Notes: generated by a model from the sequence alone, not told the origin. A stretch of 64,000 nucleotides of DNA from an uncultured Clostridia bacterium (GCA_944377165.1 CALWEJ010000001.1:43490-107489), one strand, 5' to 3'; positions 1 through 10,240 are shown, counted from the stretch's first letter. Program-made: numbers and translations.

Positions 1-371
1 GCGATATCGAAAATGGAGTAGCTACCGCAGTTCGCCGTGACACACACGAAAAATTGCAATTACACTTAGATAATATTGTACAAGAAGTAAATAACCTTCT
101 TAAAGAAATTCAAGCAAATATGCTTAAACAAGCGGAAGAAAATTTAAAATCTTCTATTGTGGAAGTAGATAATTTTGACGATTTAGTAAATTCAGTTAAT
201 GACCATAAAGTTGCACTTGCTTATCATTGCGGTAATCCAGAGTGTGAGAGCGAAATCAAGCAAAAAACGACTATTACTCCGCGCGTGATTCATTCGTACG
301 ACAGTGAACACAAATGTGTGTATTGCGGAGCAACAAGTAAATATCGTTTGTATTTCGGTAAACAATATTAG
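1..371 (+). CDS. proS: proline--tRNA ligase, C-terminal fragment (5' end outside window)
   Basis: Frame 3 is open from base 3 (..DIENGVATAVRRDTHEK..). It has the Cys-rich C-terminal tail HCGNPECE..CVYCG..YFGKQY typical of archaeal-type ProRS found in Firmicutes. Confidence 0.75.
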   Translation, partial: DIENGVATAVRRDTHEKLQLHLDNIVQEVNNLLKEIQANMLKQAEENLKSSIVEVDNFDDLVNSVNDHKVALAYHCGNPECESEIKQKTTITPRVIHSYDSEHKCVYCGATSKYRLYFGKQY

Positions 372-390
372 TATTATATTTAGTGAATAT

Positions 391-446
391 AAAAAATAGA
401 GTTTAGTAAGCATATTAAATAACTTCAATTTAACTCTATTTTTTAT
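391..446 (+). terminator. putative intrinsic terminator after proS
   Basis: AAAATAGAGTT (393-403) pairs with AACTCTATTTT (432-442) and is followed by a T-run. The loop is large. Confidence 0.4.
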
Positions 447-592
447 TTTCTCAACTTTTTTTAATCTCATATATAAAATTTTTATAAAATTACTTATCTT
501 TAATCAATTTCTTTAATATTATATGTAAAGGCATAAATTATAAGCATTTTATCTTGAAATTTTGTGTCGGATATGATAAACTAAATAAAACT

Positions 593-1246
593 ATGAATAT
601 TTATAGATGGTTTAGGTCTATACCTGAAGAAAATAAATTAGTCGCATATGGCAAGTTAGCTTTTATTAAAAACTTGTTTTATTTTCTTTTCAAAATTTTA
701 GTAGGTATTATATTTAAATCGTGGTTCCTTATAACTATCGCATTATATAGTTTATGTATTGGAGTAGTTAAAAATATTTGTTCGCGTGGGCTTAATTCAA
801 AGGACGACAAGAAAAATATTAATCGATATATTTTAGGTGGTGCAGTATTAACAGCTTCAAGTATATTTTATATTGTTTATTCGGTATTTCAAATGTTTAT
901 TCATACCAACTTTAGTTATAATATAATCATTGCAATAGCCATAGCAGCATTCGCAACCTATAGTATAATTGTATCGATAATTGGTGTAGTAAAAATGCGT
1001 GGCAAATCTGCATTAATTAAAGAATATAAATTGACGAACTTTGCGACCGCTTTTAATAACTTAGTTTTAACCCAAATCGCTTTACTATCTTTTACCACAA
1101 ATGCAGATACAAGTTTTTACAATGGGCTTATGGGCGTAATTGTCGGCTTTATAATCTTAGTGACAAGCATTTATTTGTTAATAGACGGTGTAAAGAAAAA
1201 GAAAAAATATTATCAAGAAATCAACGATAAGGAAATCGAAAGTTGA
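593..1246 (+). CDS. multi-pass membrane protein, unknown function
   Basis: Several hydrophobic helices and no recognisable motif. The ORF-track TTG at 554 is TTGAAA, the -35 of a TTGAAA-17-TAAACT promoter (554-582), so ATG 593 is preferred. Confidence 0.5.
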   Translation: MNIYRWFRSIPEENKLVAYGKLAFIKNLFYFLFKILVGIIFKSWFLITIALYSLCIGVVKNICSRGLNSKDDKKNINRYILGGAVLTASSIFYIVYSVFQMFIHTNFSYNIIIAIAIAAFATYSIIVSIIGVVKMRGKSALIKEYKLTNFATAFNNLVLTQIALLSFTTNADTSFYNGLMGVIVGFIILVTSIYLLIDGVKKKKKYYQEINDKEIES

Positions 1247-1349
1247 TTCGGCTACTATTTAAATAAAAAATTTATAATTATAAAAAAAGTGATATAGCTT
1301 CATTAATAGTTAAACAATATGGCATATTGTTATTATAAAAGGAGCACTT

Positions 1350-1739
1350 ATGAATACAAAATATCTTAATAAAATTGTTAATGTTGAAATTGATAGACAA
1401 ATGGGTAGTAGGCATCCTAAGCACGGCTTTGTCTATCCAGTAAATTATGGCTTTATTCCTAATACTATTTCTGGAGATGGTGAAGAACTAGATGCTTATG
1501 TATTAGGAGTATTTGAACCTATTGAAAAATTTGAAGGCAAAGTTATTGCCATTATCCATAGATTAAATGATAACGACAATAAATTGATAGTAGTACCTGA
1601 AAATAAAAATTATACTACTGAACAAATTAAAGCATTGACTGAATTTCAAGAGCAATGGTTTAAATCTGAAATTATAAGGTATGAACTAGATGCCCAAAAT
1701 GGTGTTGAAATAAAAAAGAATATCGAAAATCTATTTTAA
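1350..1739 (+). CDS. small inorganic pyrophosphatase-like protein
   Basis: VEIDRQMGSRHPKHGFVYPVNYGFIPNT..GDGEELDAYVLG resembles the family I PPase core. A strong SD (AAAGGAG) lies upstream. Confidence 0.6.
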   Translation: MNTKYLNKIVNVEIDRQMGSRHPKHGFVYPVNYGFIPNTISGDGEELDAYVLGVFEPIEKFEGKVIAIIHRLNDNDNKLIVVPENKNYTTEQIKALTEFQEQWFKSEIIRYELDAQNGVEIKKNIENLF

Positions 1740-1756
1740 TTCTGATACTAATTTAT

Positions 1757-1804
1757 AAGATAAAATTTTAATAATTTTTGAGTATTATTAAAATATCTTT
1801 TTTA
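1757..1804 (+). terminator. AT-rich hairpin terminator
   Basis: AAGATA..TTTTAATAAT / ATTATTAAAA TATCTT stem followed by a T-run. Confidence 0.4.
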
Positions 1805-1883
1805 TAAATTTAGCTAATTATAATCTTTCGATATTCTATATTAGTTATGTACTCTTTAACAATAAAACATTTGTTATAATTTA

Positions 1884-1958
1884 TGGTAGCCCTATGGGGA
1901 ATCGAACCCCAGTCTCAACCGTGAGAGGGTCGCGTCCTAACCGCTAGACTATAGAGCC
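1884..1958 (-). tRNA. tRNA-Glu (anticodon CUC), CCA encoded
   Basis: The reverse complement folds as a cloverleaf. Anticodon loop is CTCTCAC, D-loop AGCGGTTAGG is Glu-like, T-loop is GGTTCGATTCC. Confidence 0.85.
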
Positions 1959-1971
1959 ATACAACAAGATT

Positions 1972-2000
1972 ATTTTAACATATTTTTTTGTATAATTCAA
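1972..2000 (-). promoter_or_regulatory. sigma-A promoter of tRNA-Glu
   Basis: On the minus strand: TTGAAT-17 nt-TAAAAT, 13 nt before the mature 5' end. Confidence 0.5.
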
Positions 2001-2072
2001 GTAGTTTTACTTAATTTATGAAAATTTTTGTGCTATAATTTATTGAATCAGCAAGAATTTTACAAAAGAAAA

Positions 2073-3599
2073 ATGCGCTCGTTTATTAAAGAAAGATGGT
2101 TTAATTATCGTCCGTTATCTATAATTATGGTATTCCTAGCACTAGGAAGTGTTTTTGCTTTTTATATAACAAACAATGTATTCATAACAATAATATGTAC
2201 AGTAGTTATTTTATCTCTATCAATTTTTATTGCGATATTAAAGAAAAAGATAAAATACTTTTTAATTCCTTTAATTTCATTTATCATAGGTATATCCGCT
2301 TATTTTATATCTATAAAGACATTTGAAACCGCGCCATTGCAAACACCTGATATTATAGAAGCGCGCATATATAGTGTAGATCAAGCAACAGACGGAAGAA
2401 TACGCGTGTATGCAGACAGTGTTAAATTCGATGACTCTAATCAAAATGCAAATGTGACAATATACATTTATGATTACACTAATATGTTTGAAGATATAGA
2501 AATAGGGTCAGTGATTAGATTTGAACCGATTAACGTATATAAATCAGATTTATTTTACTCTGGTATCCCTAATAGTTATACTTTTACGAACAATTTGAAA
2601 TATAGTATAACTGTTAATATAAGCAATATTGAATTAGTGCGAATAGATAAAACTTTTGCCGAGAAAATACGCGAATATATAAAGGAAAATTTACATAACG
2701 GGCTTACGAACGAAAACGTTGAGATTGCATATTCTGCACTATTTGGTGACAAAGCATTGCTTAGCGACGACCAATATGATGTCTATAGGTTAAGTGGTGT
2801 AGCGCATCTTCTTGCAGTATCTGGTTTGCACGTTGGAATAATTGTAGGTATAATCTATTGGATTTTAGATAGACTCAAGGTGAAAGGTTGGAAGCGCGTA
2901 ATAATTGTTGCTTTTATTTTGCTACTATATGCTTATATATGCGGATTTACTGTTTCGGTAGTTCGCGCGATGATAATGACCTTAGTTATGCTAATCGCAC
3001 CATTAATGTTCAGGCAATATGATAGTATTTCTTCTATTTCGCTAGCAGGTATAATCGTATATTTTATTAATCCTTTATCTGTTTTTGACGTTAGTACACT
3101 AATGAGTTTTTCTTGTGTGTTTGGAATTGCTTTGTTATATAGACCTATATTTAAGGCATTATTTAAAATAAAATTACCTAATATTTTATCTAAAAGTTTA
3201 GCAATGAGTTGTTCGACAACAGTCTCTCTAATTTTCATAATGGCATATTTCTTTAAAACATTTAATTTGATATCAGTTTTAGCTAATATTATATTGATAC
3301 CGTTGTTTACAATAGGCTTTACGATTGTTTTTGTACTGTCAATAATTTCGCTAATTGTCCCATTTATCACTTATTTATTAGTTGTAGTTAATCCAATATT
3401 TGACTTTATAAATTTAGTAGCAACAATTTTAGGTAATTTATCAATATCTAATTTTGAAACTATGAATATCAATTATATATCTATTTTCATTTATTTCTTT
3501 ATAATTATGTTAATTAGTCGTATGTGTACGGCGGAGAAAGAGCATAGAGTAATGATTTCGCTTCCTTTAGTTGCTTTGTTAGTGGTAAGTTTGGTATAA
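2073..3599 (+). CDS. comEC: ComEC/Rec2 family DNA-uptake channel protein (no C-terminal metallo-beta-lactamase domain)
   Basis: Carries the LSGVAHLLAVSGLHVGIIVG competence-domain signature and is polytopic. The ORF-track TTG at 2028 lies inside an extended -10 (TGCTATAAT), so ATG 2073 is preferred. Confidence 0.8.
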   Translation: MRSFIKERWFNYRPLSIIMVFLALGSVFAFYITNNVFITIICTVVILSLSIFIAILKKKIKYFLIPLISFIIGISAYFISIKTFETAPLQTPDIIEARIYSVDQATDGRIRVYADSVKFDDSNQNANVTIYIYDYTNMFEDIEIGSVIRFEPINVYKSDLFYSGIPNSYTFTNNLKYSITVNISNIELVRIDKTFAEKIREYIKENLHNGLTNENVEIAYSALFGDKALLSDDQYDVYRLSGVAHLLAVSGLHVGIIVGIIYWILDRLKVKGWKRVIIVAFILLLYAYICGFTVSVVRAMIMTLVMLIAPLMFRQYDSISSISLAGIIVYFINPLSVFDVSTLMSFSCVFGIALLYRPIFKALFKIKLPNILSKSLAMSCSTTVSLIFIMAYFFKTFNLISVLANIILIPLFTIGFTIVFVLSIISLIVPFITYLLVVVNPIFDFINLVATILGNLSISNFETMNINYISIFIYFFIIMLISRMCTAEKEHRVMISLPLVALLVVSLV

Positions 3600-3606
3600 T
3601 ATATAT

Positions 3607-4521
3607 ATGAAATTTATGGAATTGAACAAATCTTTAAAATCTGAAATTAAACCCTCATATAATTTAAAGGGGGAAGACCTCTTTCTTATTCAAACAGCAA
3701 TAAAAAATTTAAAATCAACCTTAGTGACCGATTTAGAAGAATTCAATTATATTAAATTGAATGGTGAAAAATTAAAGAGTGATGAATTATTATCGCAAAT
3801 AGCGACTTTACCTATAAACAGTGAACACAGAATGATTGTCGTAGATTGCCCTAGTAATGAAATTATAAAATTTTTAAATAAATATGAGTTTATCGACAAT
3901 TCATCAGTTGTAGTTTGTATTAATGCTGATAAACTTGAAAATGCTGAGAATGTCGATTGCTCGCATATCGAACGTGGAGATATTTCGAAATATGTGTTAA
4001 ATTATTTAAAAAAATACAATATTTCTATTCAAGAACAAGCGCTAGATTATATAATAGACGCAACAGGTGGAGATATGTCTAAAATTCATAATGAATTAGA
4101 AAAGTTATCTTCATATGCCTGCGATTCAAATATAATAGATTTAGATATGGCTACTAATTTAGTCGCTAATTCTACAGAGTATGCCATATTTATGCTGACT
4201 AGCGCTATTGATGAAAAGAATTTGACAAAATTTCAAACAATTTTATCAAGTATGTCTAAGTCAATAAGCCTACCAGATATATTCTCATATATGGGAAAAT
4301 ATTTTAGACGTATGCAATATATCGCTATGTCTAAGAATGACGAAGAATTAGCAAAAATTTTAAATATTAAACCATATGCGATTAAAATTTCGCGCGATTA
4401 TATTCGAAAAAATGGTATAAATTACTATATTAACCTTTATAAAAAATATATAGATTTAGACCAAGATATTAAATCAGGCAAAATAACCTCAACAAATGCT
4501 ATGTACAAGCTGGTGTTTTAA
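3607..4521 (+). CDS. holA: DNA polymerase III delta subunit
   Basis: Size, N-terminal pattern (YNLKGEDLFLI) and the conserved comEC-holA synteny. Confidence 0.75.
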   Translation: MKFMELNKSLKSEIKPSYNLKGEDLFLIQTAIKNLKSTLVTDLEEFNYIKLNGEKLKSDELLSQIATLPINSEHRMIVVDCPSNEIIKFLNKYEFIDNSSVVVCINADKLENAENVDCSHIERGDISKYVLNYLKKYNISIQEQALDYIIDATGGDMSKIHNELEKLSSYACDSNIIDLDMATNLVANSTEYAIFMLTSAIDEKNLTKFQTILSSMSKSISLPDIFSYMGKYFRRMQYIAMSKNDEELAKILNIKPYAIKISRDYIRKNGINYYINLYKKYIDLDQDIKSGKITSTNAMYKLVF

Positions 4522-4522
4522 A

Positions 4523-5188
4523 ATGGATTATAATTTATTAGTACCGTCAAAAATAGTCCGCTCTAAAAGGCACTCAATTTCTCTAATTATAAATAATAAT
4601 AATGAACTTATTGTAAGAGCACCATTAAAGTGCGCTGAGAAAGCTATTTATGATTTCATTTATCAAAAATCTGAATGGATAGTAAAGAAGAGAGCAGAAT
4701 TAAAATCTCATTCTTACGCTCCTTTAAAAGCTATTTCAGGCGAAAAAATACCTATTCTTGACAATATTTACGAAATAATGCTATATGATAAATCAAGGGT
4801 CAAACTAGTTAATAATATAATATACCTTCCAAAAGTAAATTCAAGTAAGAATTTATTATCATATATTAAAAAATTTACAAAAAACTACTTAGCTAAAAGG
4901 GTTGAAGAAATCGCAAAGACATTTAATTTTAAATATAAAGATATTAAAATTTCAAGTGCACGCACGAGATGGGGGTCTTGTAATTATTTAAATTCACTAA
5001 GTTTTACTTATAAATTAATTTTATGCCCTAAAACTGTTGTCGACTATATAATTATCCACGAGCTATCACATACGATAGAAAAAAATCATAGTAAAAAGTT
5101 TTGGAATAAAGTAAAAACGTGCTGTCCAAATTACAAAGAGAGCGAACATTGGCTCAAAGAAAATAGACAAATTATAAATTTGATATAA
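4523..5188 (+). CDS. YgjP-like (DUF45/M48-type) metal-dependent hydrolase
   Basis: HELSHTIEKNHSKKFW zinc-binding HExxH motif. ATG 4523 follows the holA stop directly. Confidence 0.7.
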   Translation: MDYNLLVPSKIVRSKRHSISLIINNNNELIVRAPLKCAEKAIYDFIYQKSEWIVKKRAELKSHSYAPLKAISGEKIPILDNIYEIMLYDKSRVKLVNNIIYLPKVNSSKNLLSYIKKFTKNYLAKRVEEIAKTFNFKYKDIKISSARTRWGSCNYLNSLSFTYKLILCPKTVVDYIIIHELSHTIEKNHSKKFWNKVKTCCPNYKESEHWLKENRQIINLI

Positions 5189-5193
5189 AAAAT

Positions 5194-5219
5194 AAAACAC
5201 CTAAATTTAGGTGTTTTTT
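5194..5219. terminator. bidirectional intrinsic terminator
   Basis: AAAACACCTAAATTTAGGTGTTTT hairpin flanked by A- and T-runs, between convergent genes. Confidence 0.6.
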
Positions 5220-5224
5220 CATTA

Positions 5225-5476
5225 CTATTTCTTATAACTGCTTAATCTAGCTTTCTTTCTATTAGCAGTCGCTTTTTGCAAAATGCCCTTAGAAACAGCT
5301 GAATCGATTAATGAGAATGTTTCACTAAGAATTGTAGAAGCATTTTCTTCTTTATTATCAACAGCATTTTTATACTTTTTAACAAAAGTAGCAATCTTTG
5401 TCTTATATGATTTATTTTCCATAGTTTGTCTGTCGATAACTTCGATACGTTTTTTAGCTGATTTAATATTAGCCAT
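5225..5476 (-). CDS. rpsT: 30S ribosomal protein S20
   Basis: MANIKSAKKRIEV.. N-terminus, with a GGAGG SD upstream of ATG 5476. Confidence 0.9.
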   Translation of the reverse strand: MANIKSAKKRIEVIDRQTMENKSYKTKIATFVKKYKNAVDNKEENASTILSETFSLIDSAVSKGILQKATANRKKARLSSYKK

Positions 5477-5497
5477 ACAAACCTCCATTTATGTAAA

Positions 5498-5526
5498 AGT
5501 ATAACAAACATTTTTTTAAATTGCAA
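5498..5526 (-). promoter_or_regulatory. sigma-A promoter of rpsT
   Basis: On the minus strand: TTGCAA-17-TATACT. Confidence 0.55.
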
Positions 5527-5615
5527 GTGCTTTCACGATATTTCTACAAAAATATTATCCTTTTTTTTTATTTTACATAGCACATTATTCAGACTTAATA
5601 AATAAATAGTTATAT

Positions 5616-6287
5616 ATGTTAAAAAAATTAAAGCCAACCATAGCGATTATTGATAGTGGTATAGGTGGGATTAGTATTTTAAAATCTTTAATTAAAGTTT
5701 TTAAAGCTGGGAATTTTATATATTTTGCTGATAACCTATATATGCCATATGGTATGCGTTCAAAACGATTTGTTCATAATAGGGTAGATTATTTAATACA
5801 TATGTTAAGAGAAAAGTACCAAGCAGATATTATAATTATCGCTTGCAACACTGCCTCATCAGCTATAAACTACAAAGATTACGAAAATGTTTATGCAATG
5901 CAATTTAACGATAACAGCACCTATCTTGCAACTTTTTTAACAAAGAAAAACAAGCCCAACTTAGATGTTATTGCTGATAAGTCACTAGCAAAATTAATTG
6001 AAAAAAACATATTTGATAAATCTGAAATTGATAAGATTATAAAGTTGCACATAAATAAATATCATTTAAACGAATTAAAAGAAATAGTTTTAGGTTGTAC
6101 TCATTATGAATTGGTGGCGGATATATTCAAAAAATACTGCCCTAATACTAACATTATAAAAAATAGCGAGTATATGTTGAAAAATATAATTTATGAGCCT
6201 AGAGATAACTTCATTACAATAAAATTTTTAATGAGTAAAGATAGCGAAAGTTATTATACAAAATTATTAAAATTGATAGGGAGATAA
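5616..6287 (+). CDS. murI: glutamate racemase
   Basis: IAIIDSGIGG, ACNTAS and GCTHY motifs. Confidence 0.85.
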   Translation: MLKKLKPTIAIIDSGIGGISILKSLIKVFKAGNFIYFADNLYMPYGMRSKRFVHNRVDYLIHMLREKYQADIIIIACNTASSAINYKDYENVYAMQFNDNSTYLATFLTKKNKPNLDVIADKSLAKLIEKNIFDKSEIDKIIKLHINKYHLNELKEIVLGCTHYELVADIFKKYCPNTNIIKNSEYMLKNIIYEPRDNFITIKFLMSKDSESYYTKLLKLIGR

Positions 6288-6288
6288 T

Positions 6289-7971
6289 ATGTGTGGTATT
6301 TTTGGTTTTATCGGTAAAAGTAAAGCATACGAAAAAGTATTTAATGGATTGAAATTATTACAATACCGCGGATATGATTCGTGCGGTATAGCATATTATG
6401 AAGATAATGAATTTAAATTAAATAAAGCTATTGGCGTACTAGATAATTTGGAGCATATAGATACTAAATCTAATATTGTTTTTGGACATACGCGCTGGGC
6501 GACTAACGGCGAAGTCAATTTAACGAATACTCACCCACATATTAGTTTTGATGAAAATTTTACGATTGTTCATAATGGGATTATAACAAATGCAGAAATT
6601 ATAAAAAACAACTTGAAAAAAAGCGGAATATCATTTAAAACAAGTACTGATACCGAAGTCATTGCAAACGTTCTAGCAAGTTTAAAGGGAGATATTGATA
6701 GCAGCGTAAAGAAGTTGTTTTCAATTCTTGACGGCTCATTCTCTTTGATTATAGGCTATAGTGACGGAACATTATACCTAGTTAAACATTTTAGTCCACT
6801 TAATTTATTAAAGGCAAGTGACGGAATATATATATCTAGCGACGTATCAAGTCTTAAACAAGGTGAGTTGTATTGTCTTAATGATGGCGATGTTATAAAA
6901 ATTAAAGATAATATTATAACTAATATAACAAACGGCGAAATGACTTTCATTAAACACGAGAATACAATCAAAGCATTAAGTCTTCACGGATACAATCATT
7001 TTATGATAAAAGAGATTAATGAAACTCCTAATTCTATAAAGCAAACATATAACTATCTTTTAAACATAAATACAAATAAAATATTCAAGAAATTTAAAAA
7101 ATTAACATTTATAGGTTGCGGTACAGCATATCACTCGTGTTTAATAGGGAAATGGTTTTTCAATAAGTTAGATAAATATGATTGCAAGAGTGAACTAGCT
7201 TCTAATTACACTATAAATAGAAAGGTTAAAAAATCACACTTACATATAATAGTCACACAAAGCGGAGAGACTGCTGACTGCATTAAGGTAGCTGAATCTA
7301 TTAAAGAGAATAAAGGTAATATACTAATAATAACTAATGAGAAGTCTAGTACTATAACAAAATATGCCGATTATTTAATACTAACTAAAGCGAACAAAGA
7401 ATTAGCCGTCGCTAGTACTAAAACATATTGCTGTCAAATATTTGTATTTGCCGTTATAATTAATCGTCTAATGAACAAGAATTTTAAATTAAATATAGAC
7501 AAATTAACCGAAAAATTGATTAATTTCATTAATTCTCTTGATTTAAATGTTCTCGCTGAAACTCTAGTAAATACTACTAATATGATATTAATAGGTAAAG
7601 ATATTGATTACATTACATTATTAGAAGCGAGTTTAAAAATACGTGAATTAGATTATATTTATACAATACCTATGTATTCGGGCGAATTAAAACACGGCAC
7701 ATTGTCACTAATAGATAGTAATAGTGTCATTTTATCACTTAACACGAGTGAAGATAAAAATAAATTAAATACAGTAATTAATGAAATTTCATCAAGGGGT
7801 GGTAAAGTAATAGATATGTCGGAATATTTGCGTAAGGTGGCGGTTAATGAATATTTTAAGCCAATATTTAGTATAATTCCTTTTCAATTCTTAAGTTATC
7901 ATATAGCGCAAAAACGCGGATATAATCCTGATATGCCGAGAAATTTAGCAAAGAGTGTGACTGTAGAGTAG
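6289..7971 (+). CDS. glmS: glutamine--fructose-6-phosphate aminotransferase
   Basis: MCGIFG N-terminal nucleophile, SIS domains and a C-terminal ..LAKSVTVE. At 560 aa it is somewhat short. Confidence 0.9.
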   Translation: MCGIFGFIGKSKAYEKVFNGLKLLQYRGYDSCGIAYYEDNEFKLNKAIGVLDNLEHIDTKSNIVFGHTRWATNGEVNLTNTHPHISFDENFTIVHNGIITNAEIIKNNLKKSGISFKTSTDTEVIANVLASLKGDIDSSVKKLFSILDGSFSLIIGYSDGTLYLVKHFSPLNLLKASDGIYISSDVSSLKQGELYCLNDGDVIKIKDNIITNITNGEMTFIKHENTIKALSLHGYNHFMIKEINETPNSIKQTYNYLLNINTNKIFKKFKKLTFIGCGTAYHSCLIGKWFFNKLDKYDCKSELASNYTINRKVKKSHLHIIVTQSGETADCIKVAESIKENKGNILIITNEKSSTITKYADYLILTKANKELAVASTKTYCCQIFVFAVIINRLMNKNFKLNIDKLTEKLINFINSLDLNVLAETLVNTTNMILIGKDIDYITLLEASLKIRELDYIYTIPMYSGELKHGTLSLIDSNSVILSLNTSEDKNKLNTVINEISSRGGKVIDMSEYLRKVAVNEYFKPIFSIIPFQFLSYHIAQKRGYNPDMPRNLAKSVTVE

Positions 7972-7972
7972 C

Positions 7973-10240
7973 TTAGACGAGCCAACGTTTTTTGCCAGAT
8001 AGAAATTCGTTATTTAACAAATTGATTAAATAATCTTTAGGTCTAATTACCACATTATTTGAACAATTTTCTCCTTCAATAATGTAATACGATATCTCGT
8101 CATAATTATATATATCTTTATCTTCTATTTCTATTGTACCCACATTATCTTTAACAGTGCCTAAAAGGGAGGTAGAGTCTTTTATCTGTTTATAGATATA
8201 ATATTTTTTGTATTTATCTGCATTAAACGTTAATTTAGCTGATTTTCTATCGATACTCACTTCTAATTCTATATTTTCAGCGCTATCAATCACTATAGGT
8301 TTGTTATCTAGTTTAAAATAGTCGTATGCTATGTATCTATCTATGTCGTGATTAGGGGCAACTACTCTATGATTCTTTTCTAGTTCATTTAAGTCATACG
8401 CGAACTTCTCAACTGAATTTGGCTTTATAAAATCATTTGGTTTATTATCTTTATAAATACAAGATAAAATTCGTTTTGTAATCTCGGTTGGTTGCGCGGA
8501 ACTATATAGTCCATCAGGCAAAGCATTATCTTTAATATTAGCAACCCACGTTAGAGTGGTGTAGTCAGTAGTGTATGAAATATTATATAAATCTGTATTA
8601 TTAGTTCCATTAGTCGCCGTACCTGTTTTACTAGCTACTGGTATATTTAATGAATTCAAGCGCCTTGCTGTACCGGATTTAGCTACATCTTTTAACATAT
8701 CTGTTAAAATAAATGCATCTGCTTCATCAATTATTCTTTCTTGGAAATCTTCTTCTTTATATATAATGTTTCCGTCTTTATCTAAAATTTTATCTACAAA
8801 AGAAATAGGGCGATATATCCCACCATTTGCAATGATATTATATGCTGAAACTAGTTGCATTAAACTTATACCGCGATACGTAGAACCTAAAGCAAGCGAC
8901 ATATTCATATCACTATTATCTAAATAAATTCCTAGTCTTGATAAAATTTCTCTCGAATTTTTCAGTCCGACAGTATCTAACAATTTTACAGCAGGAATAT
9001 TATATGAATATTTCAAAGCATCTCTTGCGCTTACATATCCGTGAAATTTATTGTCTGCATTTTTAGGAGAATATCCATTATAATTTATTTCTTCATCTAA
9101 AATTTGAGAAGCAGGTTGCAATATATTGTGTATTAAACAAGGAAGATACACTGCTAATGGCTTTAAAGTAGAGGCAGGTTGCCTTTTCATATTATGAATA
9201 TCATAGTTGCTATTTACATAATATGCTTTAACTTCACCTGTATTTGATACCAATATTGATACACTATCTAAATTATTTGATAAATATGCTGATTCTTCTA
9301 TAACATCGTTATTAGCATTCATCACTATTTCTTGCAATAAATCGTCTTTATTTGTAATAATTTGATATTCTTTATTGATTAGTTCCCTTTCACTAATATT
9401 CAATAATGAACACGCCTCTAAAATTGCTTCTTTTTCATATGAATGGTTTGATTCATTGTTTTTTATAGTAATAATCGGTTGTGAAATAATATCTTCGTAT
9501 TCACTTTCATTAATATCTTTGCAATCTAACATTGTTTTAGCGACAAAATTTCGGCGTGCTATTGCATTATCATAATTCAATATTGGAGAATATCTTGCAG
9601 GCGATTTTATAATCCCTGCTAAACAACAAGCTTCATTAATAGTTAAATCTTTTGCAGGTTTGTCAAAATAAATTCTACTTGCATTTTCGATTCCATATGC
9701 GTTTGCACCAAAATAAATAGTATTTAAATACATCGCTAAAATTTCATCTTTACTGAATTCTTTTTCCATTTTTACAGATAAAACAATTTCTTCCAACTTT
9801 CTTTGATAAGTTTTTTCATTAGAAAGCAGTGCATTTTTGATTAATTGCTGACTTATCGTTGAAGCACCTTGTGATTTCGAGCGAGTAGTAATATTAACTA
9901 ATCCAGCTTTTATTATTCGTTTAAGGTCATAACCATTGTGCGAATAAAAATGTTTGTCTTCTACATCAATAAATGCTTTAGGCACATAATCAGGCAAACT
10001 ATCAAGTTTTACAATAGAGCGGTTAGTGTTGTAAAGGGTAGATTCTTTACCGGTAGAAGAATATATAACTACACCATTATTCACACTTGTTAGAGTGTCA
10101 ACATCTAGGTCATATTTATTGTAAAAATATGTAATTAGTAAAAAAATGGATAAAAATAAAACGGCAATTAAAATACTAATTGTCAAAAGTATTTTTTTTA
10201 TTTTCTTATTTTGTTTAGTTCTACGCTCTTTAATCATCAA
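7973..10240 (-). CDS. class A penicillin-binding protein (glycosyltransferase + transpeptidase)
   Basis: EDKHFYSHNGYD and ISQQLIKN (GT51 domain), STLKP (SxxK) and KTGT motifs. N-terminal membrane anchor. Confidence 0.85.
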   Translation of the reverse strand: MMIKERRTKQNKKIKKILLTISILIAVLFLSIFLLITYFYNKYDLDVDTLTSVNNGVVIYSSTGKESTLYNTNRSIVKLDSLPDYVPKAFIDVEDKHFYSHNGYDLKRIIKAGLVNITTRSKSQGASTISQQLIKNALLSNEKTYQRKLEEIVLSVKMEKEFSKDEILAMYLNTIYFGANAYGIENASRIYFDKPAKDLTINEACCLAGIIKSPARYSPILNYDNAIARRNFVAKTMLDCKDINESEYEDIISQPIITIKNNESNHSYEKEAILEACSLLNISERELINKEYQIITNKDDLLQEIVMNANNDVIEESAYLSNNLDSVSILVSNTGEVKAYYVNSNYDIHNMKRQPASTLKPLAVYLPCLIHNILQPASQILDEEINYNGYSPKNADNKFHGYVSARDALKYSYNIPAVKLLDTVGLKNSREILSRLGIYLDNSDMNMSLALGSTYRGISLMQLVSAYNIIANGGIYRPISFVDKILDKDGNIIYKEEDFQERIIDEADAFILTDMLKDVAKSGTARRLNSLNIPVASKTGTATNGTNNTDLYNISYTTDYTTLTWVANIKDNALPDGLYSSAQPTEITKRILSCIYKDNKPNDFIKPNSVEKFAYDLNELEKNHRVVAPNHDIDRYIAYDYFKLDNKPIVIDSAENIELEVSIDRKSAKLTFNADKYKKYYIYKQIKDSTSLLGTVKDNVGTIEIEDKDIYNYDEISYYIIEGENCSNNVVIRPKDYLINLLNNEFLSGKKRWLV

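Noticed and set aside
554-592. Upstream TTG/ATG starts given by the ORF track at 554, 2028, 27302, 33912, 34304, 44349, 47320, 48094 and 57228.
   Set aside because: The TTGs at 554, 34304 and 44349 are themselves -35 hexamers, and 2028 lies inside an extended -10. The extension at 27302 overlaps tRNA-Trp and the one at 33912 overlaps spoVAC. Internal starts with an SD, leaderless geometry or family-typical N-termini fit better.
1313-1331. The palindrome AACAATAT-GGC-ATATTGTT upstream of the PPase-like gene, and a similar ACAATA-CA-TATTGT at about 21796-21809, as a shared operator.
   Set aside because: The arm spacing differs (3 versus 2 nt, with shorter arms in the second) and such AT-only palindromes are common here. 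The first may still be a local hairpin or operator, but there is no evidence for a shared regulon.
7966-7978. Convergent glmS and PBP stop codons only 1 nt apart, with no terminator.
   Set aside because: The observation is real but probably just reflects genome compaction. Nothing further is supported by the sequence.
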